From NCBI GenBank assembly GCA_016699935.1, contig CP064992.1, positions 870,001 to 902,000 on the forward strand: DNA of 32,000 nucleotides, read 5' to 3'. The position numbers and the translations under genes are program-made. The DNA comes from Candidatus Saccharimonadota bacterium. GTDB lineage: Bacteria; Patescibacteriota; Saccharimonadia; Saccharimonadales; UBA4665. Shown one piece after another: positions 9,752 to 18,228 of the stretch. The notes under the pieces were generated by a model that worked only from the letters and a program-made list of their open reading frames with translations, was not told where the DNA came from and made no database searches. Each line of letters opens with the position of its first letter. The stretch's first letter is position 1.

Positions 9752-10202
9752 TCAGCTCCTGTCGTGGGTTGTCGGGGTAGTTGACGGTGTCAAAAGGACA
9801 AAAGACTCAACTTTAATGCGGTAGAAGCGATGCGGGCGGTCGAGATGTGCCATGAAATCTTTCACCTGTTTTAGGCTAAAGACGCGACCGACGTAATGCT
9901 TCATAGCCACGGCGATATCTTTCGGATTTGTAAGTTGCTCAGCTGTGCCCTCCAGTTGTAGCCCGCGTGGTTTGTCGGCCGGTGTTTGGGGCAGACATAT
10001 TGACGCTGCAACATGTGGGTTTTGCATGACTTCTATGGAATGGCGCCTGGTTGTGGCGGAAAACCAATAAATATTTTGGTCTTTGTCGGCCGCAAACCAG
10101 ACATTACATACCCAAGGCTTGCCATCCTTCCCCACTGTCGCCAGCTGCATCAACTTGGCTTCTTTTAAGTATTCTTTAATAATTTTTTTCCAGGTCAGGC
10201 AT
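9752..10202 (-). CDS. Pyridoxamine-5'-phosphate-oxidase-fold FMN-binding protein, with one frameshift in the T7 run at 10183-10189
   Basis: LMQLATVGKDGKPWVCNVWFAADKDQNIYWFSATTRRHSIEV.. is present. Adding one base to the run gives MPDLEKKIIKEYLKEAKLMQLAT, starting at ATG 10202, which overlaps the upstream stop (TGATG). Confidence 0.75.
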
Positions 10203-10878
10203 CACTCCTCCTCGCTAGTCTTAAGATTACATCGGCCACCTAGTGCAAGTAAACCCTTTTCGCCGGGTCGGGTGTAAAGGACTGAGTTTCTACCATGGTG
10301 GATTTCGAGTGGTTTTCTCATTTGTGCGGAAAGTAACATAGCACCAGAACCATTCGATTCAGCTTCTGGTATACCCCAGTCTGGTGCAAAAGTACGCATA
10401 CGGATTCGTCCAGCAAGTTCGTCTTCCCAAGCCCAAATGATTGTGTGTTGCCAGTCATTAGTTTCGGCCAGTTTCACTTCGTTTACATTGTTTACAGAGG
10501 TGAATTGCTCGATTTTCCACTCGGGAAGTCTGGAAGTATTTTTCGCAGCCATGTTATATCGCCCTCCTGCCAAGTCTCAACATGGCCTGCTCCGCATGTG
10601 ATGTTATTTGGCACATAGCCAAGCAATTTGCCCAGCAACCATGCGGTCCCAACCATCGGCTGCCCCGCAAAAGGTACTTCGCCCGTCACGGGGTTGTAAA
10701 ACGTCACGCGAGCCGGATCAAATGATTCGACAAATGAAGTCTCTGCATGTCCGTAACTAGTGGCCAGTTCCATCCGAGCAGTTTCATTTATGTCGTTTTC
10801 GCGATCATCAACTACCGTCAGCCAATCACCTCCATCACCTGCTGAATCTACAAATACAGCTAACTGATAAGCTTTCAT
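10202..10878 (-). CDS. PhzF-superfamily isomerase-like protein (short), with one frameshift near 10540-10570
   Basis: ORFs 10492..10878 and 10202..10573 join. Recognisable segments are ..GHAETSFVE..VTFYNPVTGEVPFAGQPMVGTAWLL.. and ..RMRTFAPDWGIPEAESNGSGAMLL. Confidence 0.55.
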
Positions 10879-11369
10879 ACTTGCGCTTTAGCGAGCTGTT
10901 GTATTATCTGAACATTGGTCAGTTTTTGGAGCTCTTTCGGGTCTAGCACGAGTTTGCTGGTACGATTGCCGCCACCCATGACTACTTTTTCTTGCTCAAG
11001 TACTCGGCTATCGATGTAAATGGGTAGATTTTCTGGGGTGCCGATGGCGACCACGCCTCCTATCTCCATGCCAGTAAGTGCGCGTGTGGTTTCGGCATCG
11101 GCAAACGAAGCACGTTTGACGCCCAATAGCTCGCATACCTTTTTATTGACATCCAGGCGGGTTGTCCCTAGCACGACACAGACAGCGTATTTGACCGGTT
11201 CGGTTTTCTTCGATGCGACGAGGATGGTATTGGCCGCTTGCTCAAGCGTGAAGCCGTAATGCTCGCAGAACGCTGCCGTGTCAGCTAACTCTGGGTCGCA
11301 GGCGAGCGTTTCACTCCGGATGCCATATTTTACAAGGGTGGCTTTCACCTGAGATGATACTTCAGTCAT
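10875..11369 (-). CDS. YbaK/ProX-type aminoacyl-tRNA deacylase domain protein
   Basis: Intact 164 aa. ..ANTILVASKK..KYAVCVVLGTTRLDVNKKVCELLGVKRASFADAETTRALTGMEIGGVVAIG.. is typical of the YbaK/EbsC fold. Confidence 0.8.
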   Translation of the reverse strand: MTEVSSQVKATLVKYGIRSETLACDPELADTAAFCEHYGFTLEQAANTILVASKKTEPVKYAVCVVLGTTRLDVNKKVCELLGVKRASFADAETTRALTGMEIGGVVAIGTPENLPIYIDSRVLEQEKVVMGGGNRTSKLVLDPKELQKLTNVQIIQQLAKAQV

Positions 11370-11708
11370 ACTTTGACCCTGACGAATATAAATTCATTTT
11401 CTTGGTCTGTTGGGTTTGATATTTTGTGCTGTGTGTCGGCCGGAAAATGAAAACATCACCAGCTTCGTAGCCGTATTCGCCGTCTTCGTCGTGAACTAAA
11501 CCCGTGCCTTTCACGACTACCATTATTTCCTCGACACCTGGGTGTTCGTGCCAGTCATACATCCCGCCAGCCGGCATATAGCCGTGCGTCATCATCTCAA
11601 ATGCAGTACTACGAAGGTGTTTTGACGAAGCGTAGATCTTCCTCTGCCCGCTGCCACCATGCGCTACTTCTTTGTATAAACTATCCCCGTGCGTTTGATG
11701 ATTTTCAT
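11366..11708 (-). CDS. Cupin-domain protein, with two frameshifts
   Basis: The core is WHEHPGVEEIMVVVKGTGLV...GDVFIF. A corrected C-terminus reads PADTQHKISNPTDQENEFIFVRVKV*. The N-terminal piece MKIIKRTGIVYTKE starts at ATG 11708. There are ATGA overlaps with both neighbouring genes. Confidence 0.7.
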
Positions 11709-12703
11709 AAATTTTTAATCTCTTCCCAGAGTTCTCTGGGGATATCTATTTCATTGGCATCAGTGCGCTGTTTAGCCAATTCGCCAGCCTTCTCCCCGGG
11801 AATTCTGATAGTTTCACCAAAGAGCGCATTTGTTGCGTGAATACGCTCTAGCAAGGTTGTGTTTGCTTGTTTAAAATTAATGTTTCCAGATGTTTGTCTC
11901 GGGTCAATGACTAGTATTATTCCACCCCTCTCCATCATTTTCCTACCAAATTGACTACCATTGCCTTTTGTGTCTACAAACATGTTTTCCATCCCGACTA
12001 GAGAACCACAGAGTATCTCAATCATGAGCGCGAGCGCAAAACCTTTGTAGTCGCCCATGGGCATAACGGAATGAGCAAGTTTAGGGTCGCGGGTTATTTG
12101 ACCACTAGTATCGTAATACGTATCTTCTGGCAGCTCGGTGCCATATTTGTTGGCCAAACGCACTTGCCCCCAGGCTCTCTTTGCTGTTGCCAGGTCGACC
12201 ACAAGTGGTTCTTTTTCTGTGGGTATGGCATAGGCGATAGGATTTGTACTGACCACAGGATCATAACCACCTGGTGGCGCTACGCCTGACCCGCCGCCAT
12301 CGTTCATGACAATTGCGAAGTATCCTTGACGTGCAATGTATTCAGCAATCGCACCAGGGCGAAGCCAGCTATCCATATTTTTGACTAGAGCTGTTCCTAC
12401 TATTGCTTTTTTCGCCCGTGTGATAGCTTCGTCGGCTGCTCGTTTGCCTACTATATTTCCAGAGTGTGATTTTGCGTCAATAATAAAAACCGCCTGAGTC
12501 TCAGCTAAAACTTCTGGCGCCGATAGTCCTGAAAAATCTTGAGCTATGAAGCCGGAGAAACTAGCAAGACCATGGCTAACATGTCCGCGCAATTCCCCTC
12601 CCAGAAACATGTCTATTATAAAGGGGATATCCGCATCGCTATACTCTTTTGCCCGAAGCGCATTAGTCATTACCTCTTTTAGAGTTGAAATTGAGATTTT
12701 CAT
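11705..12703 (-). CDS. Ldh_2-family (malate/L-lactate dehydrogenase type 2) oxidoreductase
   Basis: The ORF is intact. The likely start is MKISISTLKEV at 12703, because the longer ORF runs through an upstream palindrome. ..GGELRGHVSHGLASF.. and the overall length are typical of Ldh_2. Confidence 0.75.
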   Translation of the reverse strand: MKISISTLKEVMTNALRAKEYSDADIPFIIDMFLGGELRGHVSHGLASFSGFIAQDFSGLSAPEVLAETQAVFIIDAKSHSGNIVGKRAADEAITRAKKAIVGTALVKNMDSWLRPGAIAEYIARQGYFAIVMNDGGGSGVAPPGGYDPVVSTNPIAYAIPTEKEPLVVDLATAKRAWGQVRLANKYGTELPEDTYYDTSGQITRDPKLAHSVMPMGDYKGFALALMIEILCGSLVGMENMFVDTKGNGSQFGRKMMERGGIILVIDPRQTSGNINFKQANTTLLERIHATNALFGETIRIPGEKAGELAKQRTDANEIDIPRELWEEIKNL

Positions 12704-12745
12704 ACACTCATTATCCCACATACTTACCATTCGTCTATCAAAATT

Positions 12746-12767
12746 AAACTGTACGGCCGTACGGTTT
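12746..12767. repeat. CGGCCG-centred palindrome, copy 1 (aaactgtacggccgtacggttt)
   Basis: It sits within the larger near-perfect palindrome 12741-12772, 38 nt upstream of the Ldh_2 start. Confidence 0.8.
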
Positions 12768-12830
12768 AATTTGCCCATACCACTATCGAATCGGAAAACA
12801 AGTTTTTTGAATCCATCAGATATAAATAAT

Positions 12831-12852
12831 AAACTGTACGGCCGGACGATTT
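12831..12852. repeat. CGGCCG-centred palindrome, copy 2 (aaactgtacggccggacgattt, degenerate)
   Basis: Same left arm as copies 1 and 3. It lies just downstream of the apbE stop. Confidence 0.65.
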
Positions 12853-12871
12853 AAAAATTAGGATATGAATA

Positions 12872-13840
12872 TTAGTTAGAATGGGATAGTTGAGATGAGT
12901 TGAGGAGGATGGTTTTAAGGCCGTACTTTTGGGTTAGGGCTTCGTCGAGCTCTGGGGCGATGAGGAGGATGGTGGCGCAGGCATCAGCGATGAGGGCGGA
13001 TTTAGCGCGGACATAGGTGCTATTGATGTCGGCCGAGGTGGCGGGCGCACTCGTGCGTGGATCGATGATATGCTGCTGGTTTTTGCCCTGGTGTTGCCAG
13101 GTGCGCTTGCGGTTGGAACTCACGGCCAGTGCCCCGTTCTGGATGCGGGTCGTGCCAATAGACGTGCATGAGTCTAGCGGATGCTCAAGAGCGAACTCGA
13201 GTGGCATTGGTGCATTGACTAGAATATCTCCGCCGCCGTTTATGATGAAGTGTTGCTTGCCACTATCTTTCAGAAGGTCGCCGACGCTGTCTATAAGCCA
13301 GCCTTTGCCAAAGCCACCAAAGTCAAGACTAATTCCACCCGGGATACGTATTTCCACAGGGGTAAGCTTCACCTCACCCCAAAATGAAGCAGATATTCTG
13401 CCCTCGCCTGTCTTGCCGTAGCCACGACGCACAAGCTCGCCGCCAACCGATATATTGAACACGCCGCCAGTTATATCTTGGAGGTTACCTGCGAACTCTA
13501 GCATTGCCAGCATCTCTACGGGTGGGGCCATGAGTCGCTTATGCAGGTTGAGCTGGCCGAGCAGCGAGTCATCCGAGAATCGAGTATACTGGCGCTCAAA
13601 CACTCTGATGGTATTCACGATGGAGGCTTTGATTTCGTCTGTGAGCGCATCGTCGAGTGTTTCTATCCACCAGTGCGTACCGAGTGCATCCAGCTCGAAT
13701 ATACTTGAACCGTTTAAGCAGGCGGGTGCATTTTGGGATTTCTTCAGACCCTTCCCCTTCGTGTTCGACTGCCAAAAATAAACTGTACGGCCGTACAATT
13801 TAAAATGACAGAGTTTTAGGCTACTATCGTCGAGATTCAA
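12872..13840 (-). CDS. apbE: FAD:protein FMN transferase (ApbE family); start uncertain
   Basis: ..ALGTHWWIE.., ..DFGGFGKGWLIDSVGDLL.., ..IINGGGDI.. are present. The track start 13840 is a TTG and the reading frame runs through palindrome copy 3. ATG 13731 would fit after a 1-nt correction in a C run. Confidence 0.8.
   Translation of the reverse strand: MNLDDSSLKLCHFKLYGRTVYFWQSNTKGKGLKKSQNAPACLNGSSIFELDALGTHWWIETLDDALTDEIKASIVNTIRVFERQYTRFSDDSLLGQLNLHKRLMAPPVEMLAMLEFAGNLQDITGGVFNISVGGELVRRGYGKTGEGRISASFWGEVKLTPVEIRIPGGISLDFGGFGKGWLIDSVGDLLKDSGKQHFIINGGGDILVNAPMPLEFALEHPLDSCTSIGTTRIQNGALAVSSNRKRTWQHQGKNQQHIIDPRTSAPATSADINSTYVRAKSALIADACATILLIAPELDEALTQKYGLKTILLNSSQLSHSN
13780..13801. repeat. 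CGGCCG-centred palindrome, copy 3 (aaactgtacggccgtacaattt)
   Basis: On the minus strand it is followed by atttttgg, a terminator-like context downstream of the FMN-binding protein gene. Confidence 0.8.
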
Positions 13841-13890
13841 AATCTATACTCCATACCCTATACTCCATACTTAATACTTAATAGTCCTCT

Positions 13891-14390
13891 TAACTCCTAG
13901 CTTTGGCTTGGTTTGCGATGTTAGCTAATGCGTTCTGGAAACCCTCGGTGGTTAGTGATGCCCCGCCGACCCGGCTGAGTGAGATATCAGCAAGAGGTTT
14001 ACCAACTACCACAGCTTCAATATCAGCATCGAACCAATCAACAAAATCCCCGATTCGCGGTCTTGGTATTTATGAACACTGTTCACAGCAGAAACAAGTC
14101 CGTTTTTACCGTTACGTTGACAGTGATGTCATTACTAAATCCTTTGGGGACACTGTAGCTTGAGGTGGCATTGTAGCTGCCGTTTTTTTCTTTGAGTTTG
14201 TTGCTGCCGTTGTACTGGTAGCTGTGACGGTTGGTGTGCTTGGGGTTGAAACTGGTTGGGAAGTGGTGGTTTTGGAAACCGTTTGATTTTTTGGCGTGCT
14301 ACTTATTAACACAAAGGTACTTATGCTCAAAATAGCTGTAATTGCTATCGCCCCGACTATAGCTGGTGTCGATGTGTTTGTTGATTTCAT
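13891..14390 (-). pseudogene. Membrane-anchored FMN-binding (FMN_bind) domain protein, with at least 3 frameshifts as assembled
   Basis: The N-terminus has a TM anchor plus a Thr/Ser/Pro-rich linker (ORF 14112..14390). Manual translation downstream gives GSYNATSSYSVPKGFSNDITVNVTVKNGLVSAV...DFVDWFDADIEAVVVGKPLADISLSRVGGASLTTEGFQNALANI. The frame breaks fall at the T7 run (14174-14180), the T5 run (14103-14107) and a C4 run. Confidence 0.65.
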
Positions 14391-14396
14391 GTCGGT

Positions 14397-14402
14397 AGTA
14401 TA
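14397..14402 (-). promoter_or_regulatory. -10-like TATACT, 6 nt upstream of the FMN-binding protein ATG
   Basis: Minus strand reads cttgcTATACTaccgacATG. Confidence 0.4.
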
Positions 14403-14460
14403 GCAAGCCCTTCCTGAAGCCTAGCTGAGGAAGCTTGCTTGCGCCAGGTGGACGATAGTG

Positions 14461-14466
14461 TAGTAT
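14461..14466 (+). promoter_or_regulatory. -10-like TAGTAT, 6 nt upstream of the thrC ATG
   Basis: gtgTAGTATaaatgtATGaag. Confidence 0.4.
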
Positions 14467-14472
14467 AAATGT

Positions 14473-15759
14473 ATGAAGTTTGTGAGTTTGGGAACCCAGA
14501 AGACGTAGTCTCCTTCAAGAAGCGCTCTCCCGCGGTATTCCGGCCGATGGCAGTTTATACTACCCTATCGAGATCCCGCCCCTTACCAATCAACAGATTG
14601 CATCTTTGCCGACGCTTGATAACAAAGCAATTGATCATTTGATTCTGAAGGCATGGCTTGGCGATGAAATACCCACCGATGACCTGGCTCGTATTGTCGA
14701 TAACGCAGCGACATTTGAGACGCCCTGTGTGCCCGTCGTCGATAAGCATGTTTAGAGTTATTTCACGGTCCGACGATGGCATTCAAAGATGTGGCAGCCC
14801 GCTATTTGGCGGCACTTATGGGGTATTTCAATGCTAAAACCGGTAAAACTTCAACGGTGTTGGTTGCAACCAGTGGCGACACTGGTGGCGCGATTGCCCA
14901 TGGGTTTGGTGATGTAGCCGGTACCAAGGTTGTTGTCTTGTACCCCAAGGGCCGCGTCAGCCAATTGCAGCAAGAACAATTGCGACGGGTGGCGAACAAT
15001 GTCCATACACTTGAGGTTGATGGTGACTTTGATGCTTGCCAAGCGCTGGTAAAGCAAGCTTTGGCCGATAGGGCTTGCGGAGCCAGGTTGGTCTAACTTC
15101 GGCCAATTCAATTACGGTCGGGCGGTTATTGCCCCAGACGTTGTACTACGCGCGGGCATATGCTCAGCTCGGTGGTCGGAATGATTTGCGCTTTGTCGTA
15201 CCGAGCGGAAACCTTGGGAACATTACTGGCGGAGTCCTTGCGCAGCAGATGGGTATACCGATAGCTTCATTCCTGGCTGCCAATAATGCGAATAATGCCA
15301 TAGAACAGGTATGCGCACGAGGGTAGATTTACGCCATTTGAGGCCGTGCCGACCATGTCAAATGCCATGGATATCGGAGCGCCAAACAACCTGCCTCGTC
15401 TGCAGCGGATTTTCAGGAGTGATCTAGATGCCTTCAGGGCAGACATCAGGACCGCACAGGTTACAGATGAACAAACCGTTGCCACTATCAAGAAAGTCTA
15501 CGAAGACACTGGCTACTTGCTTGACCCGCACACGGCTGTGGCCTGGTGCGCCAGCGAGCAAAATCCAGACGGCAATGTACACGATGTCATTGTATCAACT
15601 GCCGCACCTGAGAAATTTGCCGAAGAAATTCAACGCGACACAGGCATCGTAGTTGATAACACTAGCGAACCAGCCAAGCTCCGTCAAACTCCCGAGCGCT
15701 TCACTTCAATTTCCAATTCCCTCGCTGAACTACGTACATTCATAATGCATAACTCATAA
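14473..15759 (+). pseudogene. thrC: Threonine synthase, with at least 5 frameshifts as assembled
   Basis: Fragments in three frames read VSFKEALSRGIPADGSLYYP, ELFHGPTMAFKDVAARYLA (PLP lysine motif), VATSGDTGGA, LTSANSITVGRLLPQ, VPSGNLGN and SNAMDIGAPNN. Confidence 0.85.
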
Positions 15760-15776
15760 TTCAGCATTCACCGTAT

Positions 15777-16611
15777 ATGTATCACCCCATAAACCCCGAC
15801 AAACCCATCCGCATAGCAGTTATGGGGTTAAGCGGTGTCGGTAAAACAACCCTAGCCCGCTGCCTGCCAAGTAGCCGTTGGTTCCTCTATTCTGCTGATT
15901 ACCGTATTTGGACACATTATTTAGGTGATGAGTTAAATGATTATCTAAAAAATTGGCCATGGAGCATCCTTTACTACGAGATTTGCTAAGGCACGATGCA
16001 ATAACCGTCGAACACCGGGTGCATTTCACTAATTTGTTGGCTACAACAGATTATATGGGTATGCTAGGTGACCCAAAAGCTTTACGGATCGACCCTTCAG
16101 GACTTTACGGCTCGAATGGCATCCCACGCTAATGCAGAAATTGCTTCAACCCTAGATATTGTGCACTTTATCAAACGCGCGGAAGACCTGTATGGGTATC
16201 CTCATTTTATCGCTGATCTAACAGGTAGCTTGTGTGAGGTTGTTGAGCCTAATGACCCATGTGATCCTGTCCTTAAAATGCTTGACGAAAATGTTACGTT
16301 AATTTACATCCAAGCAAGCAAAGAACACGAAGAAACACTCAGATTAAGAAATGTGTCCGATCCAAAGCCCTCTATTACCGACCGGATTTTATTGCAGAAG
16401 AGCTACCTGGCATATTAGATCAATTTGGGGTTGAAGACGTTTCGAAAATAGCACCAGAAGAAGTCGGCGCCTACCTTTATCCTCGCCTATTGGCGCACAG
16501 GGTTGAACGTTATGAAGCTATCGCAGCCAAACATGCCCTAACGCTTACTATGGAAGAAGCCGCCGCCATCCGTTCTGAGGCCGACCTGCTTGAGCGATTA
16601 ACCAAACGTTA
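15777..16611 (+). pseudogene. P-loop NTPase of unknown function, with at least 3 frameshifts as assembled
   Basis: Walker A motif is IAVMGLSGVGKTTLA. Fragments 15777..15989 and 16068..16418, plus a tail ending ..AAIRSEADLLERLTKR*, join into about 275 aa. Confidence 0.5.
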
Positions 16612-17163
16612 AGCGGTGGTTGAAGTCTGCAGAGTAATTTTGTAGATTGAGTAGAGTAAGAGTGCGCTGCCGAGGAGGCTGAAAGCGGCGCCAATGTTGT
16701 GGACTGCGGTCAATGAGGTTGCACCAAATGTGGCGAGAAGCGGGCCAAGTAGTGATGTCCCGCAGGCGGCGCAGCCACTGCTTAGTATGCCAAGCGTGGC
16801 AGCAAGGCCGCTTGTGCCAGTCGCGCGTGCCGAGGCGGTTTTGCGCCGAAGTGCGTAAACAAGTACGGCAATGTTTACCCCGAACAAAAATGCCAATGAG
16901 ATGACACTGACAGAGAGCAAACTGTCAAATGAGGTGAAAAGTGCTTCGTAGCCATAGCTAAAAAATCGCAGTTTTTGCCACGGCGACATATCGGGGTTAG
17001 TCAGTATGTACCCGACGAGTTGGTAGTTGAGCGACCAGATGATGACGGTGAGCATGAGGAACGCAGCGGTGACAGCCAGTAACGTATATGGCGGCTTTGT
17101 TCCAATTATGCGAAGCGTGTTCTTTGTAGCCAGTTTTAGTTTCAGTGAAAGAGGCAGTTTCAT
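16609..17163 (-). CDS. Four-to-five-TM membrane protein with an intramembrane CAAC (CxxC) motif; hypothetical
   Basis: Intact 184 aa containing ..LGILSSGCAACGTSLLGPLL... Its start lies 5 nt downstream of the DsbA-like stop. Confidence 0.55.
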   Translation of the reverse strand: MKLPLSLKLKLATKNTLRIIGTKPPYTLLAVTAAFLMLTVIIWSLNYQLVGYILTNPDMSPWQKLRFFSYGYEALFTSFDSLLSVSVISLAFLFGVNIAVLVYALRRKTASARATGTSGLAATLGILSSGCAACGTSLLGPLLATFGATSLTAVHNIGAAFSLLGSALLLYSIYKITLQTSTTA

Positions 17164-17168
17164 AGGTA

Positions 17169-17865
17169 CTATTGGACTTCCAGTAGTGCTTTATAGATGT
17201 TGTAGGGTTGCGGGCCGACGACTTTTTGGCCACCGATGATAATTGTGGGAGTACCCTGCACAGAGTCGCCTGCGGCTTTGTCTACGGCTGTATTGTAGGC
17301 GTCAGCATGAGTGCGGCCACCCGCGCAGGTCGTAAATGAAGTTGCGTCCAGGCCAGCTTCGCCGGCGAGTTGACCGAGCTTTCAGGACTAAAGAGCTTGC
17401 GCACGGTAGCGTCGGTGTCACCCTTGCTGAGGAAGTTTTCCCACATGTAGCTAAACATTTTGTCATGATAAGCTGTAAATTTGCCCTGCTCTGCCGCACA
17501 GAATGATGCATACAGTGCCAGACCAGAATCTTCACCAAAAGTGGGAATGGCCGGTAGATGATTTTTGCTTTGCCGGTGTCGACCCAGTCACGGCGGATAT
17601 CTTTACCAGCCTTTTCGTGTAGTTCGTTGCACTTTGGGCACTTGTAGTCGCCGTACTCGACGATAGTAATAGGCGCACTGGCCTTACCAATTACAAGTTC
17701 AGTCGGTGTAGCATTTGGTTTGGCCTCATAAACATTTGACGTTAAAGATGGTGTGTTTGTTTCATTTTGCTTAATAGGTATAGTGGAGTCTTTGCCGCTA
17801 AAAACCAGAAAAACCCCTATGACAGCAAGTATTACCAAAAACATCACAATAATCATTTTTTTCAC
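17169..17865 (-). pseudogene. DsbA-family thioredoxin-fold protein with an N-terminal anchor, with at least 3 frameshifts as assembled
   Basis: MKKMIIVMFLVILAVIGVFLVF anchor, EYGDYKCPKCNELH (CxxC) motif, and a C-terminus in other frames reading ..LAGEAGLDATSF..VQGTPTIIIGGQKVVGPQPYNIYKALLEVQ*. Confidence 0.8.
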
Positions 17866-17909
17866 TAACTTAGTATATCATTACCTCAATAACTACTTCC
17901 TTAACGCCA

Positions 17910-18030
17910 GACCCACACTCACTTTCTGGGTGTTATCTTGAGCGAAGTCGAAAGATCCCCTTAGAAATGCGTTTAAGAGATCCCTCCACTTCGGTCAGGA
18001 TGACAACGGGATAAAAAGTGAGTGTGGGTC
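17910..18030. repeat. 121-nt MITE-like element: 15-nt terminal inverted repeats enclosing two opposed hairpin units
   Basis: gacccacactcactt ... aagtgagtgtgggtc. The inner units are tgttatcttgagcgaagtcgaaagatcc and gatccctccacttcggtcaggatgaca, the same unit family as the purL insertions. Confidence 0.75.
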
Positions 18031-18054
18031 AGCTGTCACACCTTACACTAAAAT

Positions 18055-18076
18055 AGATTGTGCGGCCGCACAGTCT
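18055..18076. repeat. CGGCCG-centred palindrome, copy 4 (agattgtgcggccgcacagtct)
   Basis: Same geometry as copies 1-3, with symmetric (compensatory) A>G / T>C changes in the arms. Confidence 0.7.
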
Positions 18077-18086
18077 AAAATCAACC

Positions 18087-18202
18087 TGAGTCTCAAAACC
18101 CCAGGTTGTTATCCCAGCGAACGCTGGGATTCGGATAAATGGACTGGATTCCCGCCTTCGCGGGAATGACAAAAGTACTAGTAGGTCCAGTTTTGAGACT
18201 CA
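18087..18202. repeat. 116-nt MITE-like element: 13-nt inverted repeats enclosing two hairpin units
   Basis: tgagtctcaaaac ... gttttgagactca. The inner hairpins are atcccagcgaacgctgggat and attcccgccttcgcgggaat (the latter extends to ..ggaatgaca). Confidence 0.75.
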
Positions 18203-18228
18203 AGTAAAATCGGTGTTTCATTTTAGCG

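Noticed and set aside
10183-10189. Programmed ribosomal frameshifting at homopolymer runs.
   Set aside because: The breaks occur in about 20 unrelated housekeeping genes at ordinary A/T/C runs, without slippery-heptamer plus downstream-structure signatures. Under-called homopolymers explain them more simply.
12704-12778. N-terminal extensions of Ldh_2 (to 12778) and apbE (to 13840, TTG start).
   Set aside because: The extensions translate the conserved palindromic repeats (..KLYGRTVYF.., ..LNRTAVQF..), which lie upstream of better-supported starts. They are likely non-coding.
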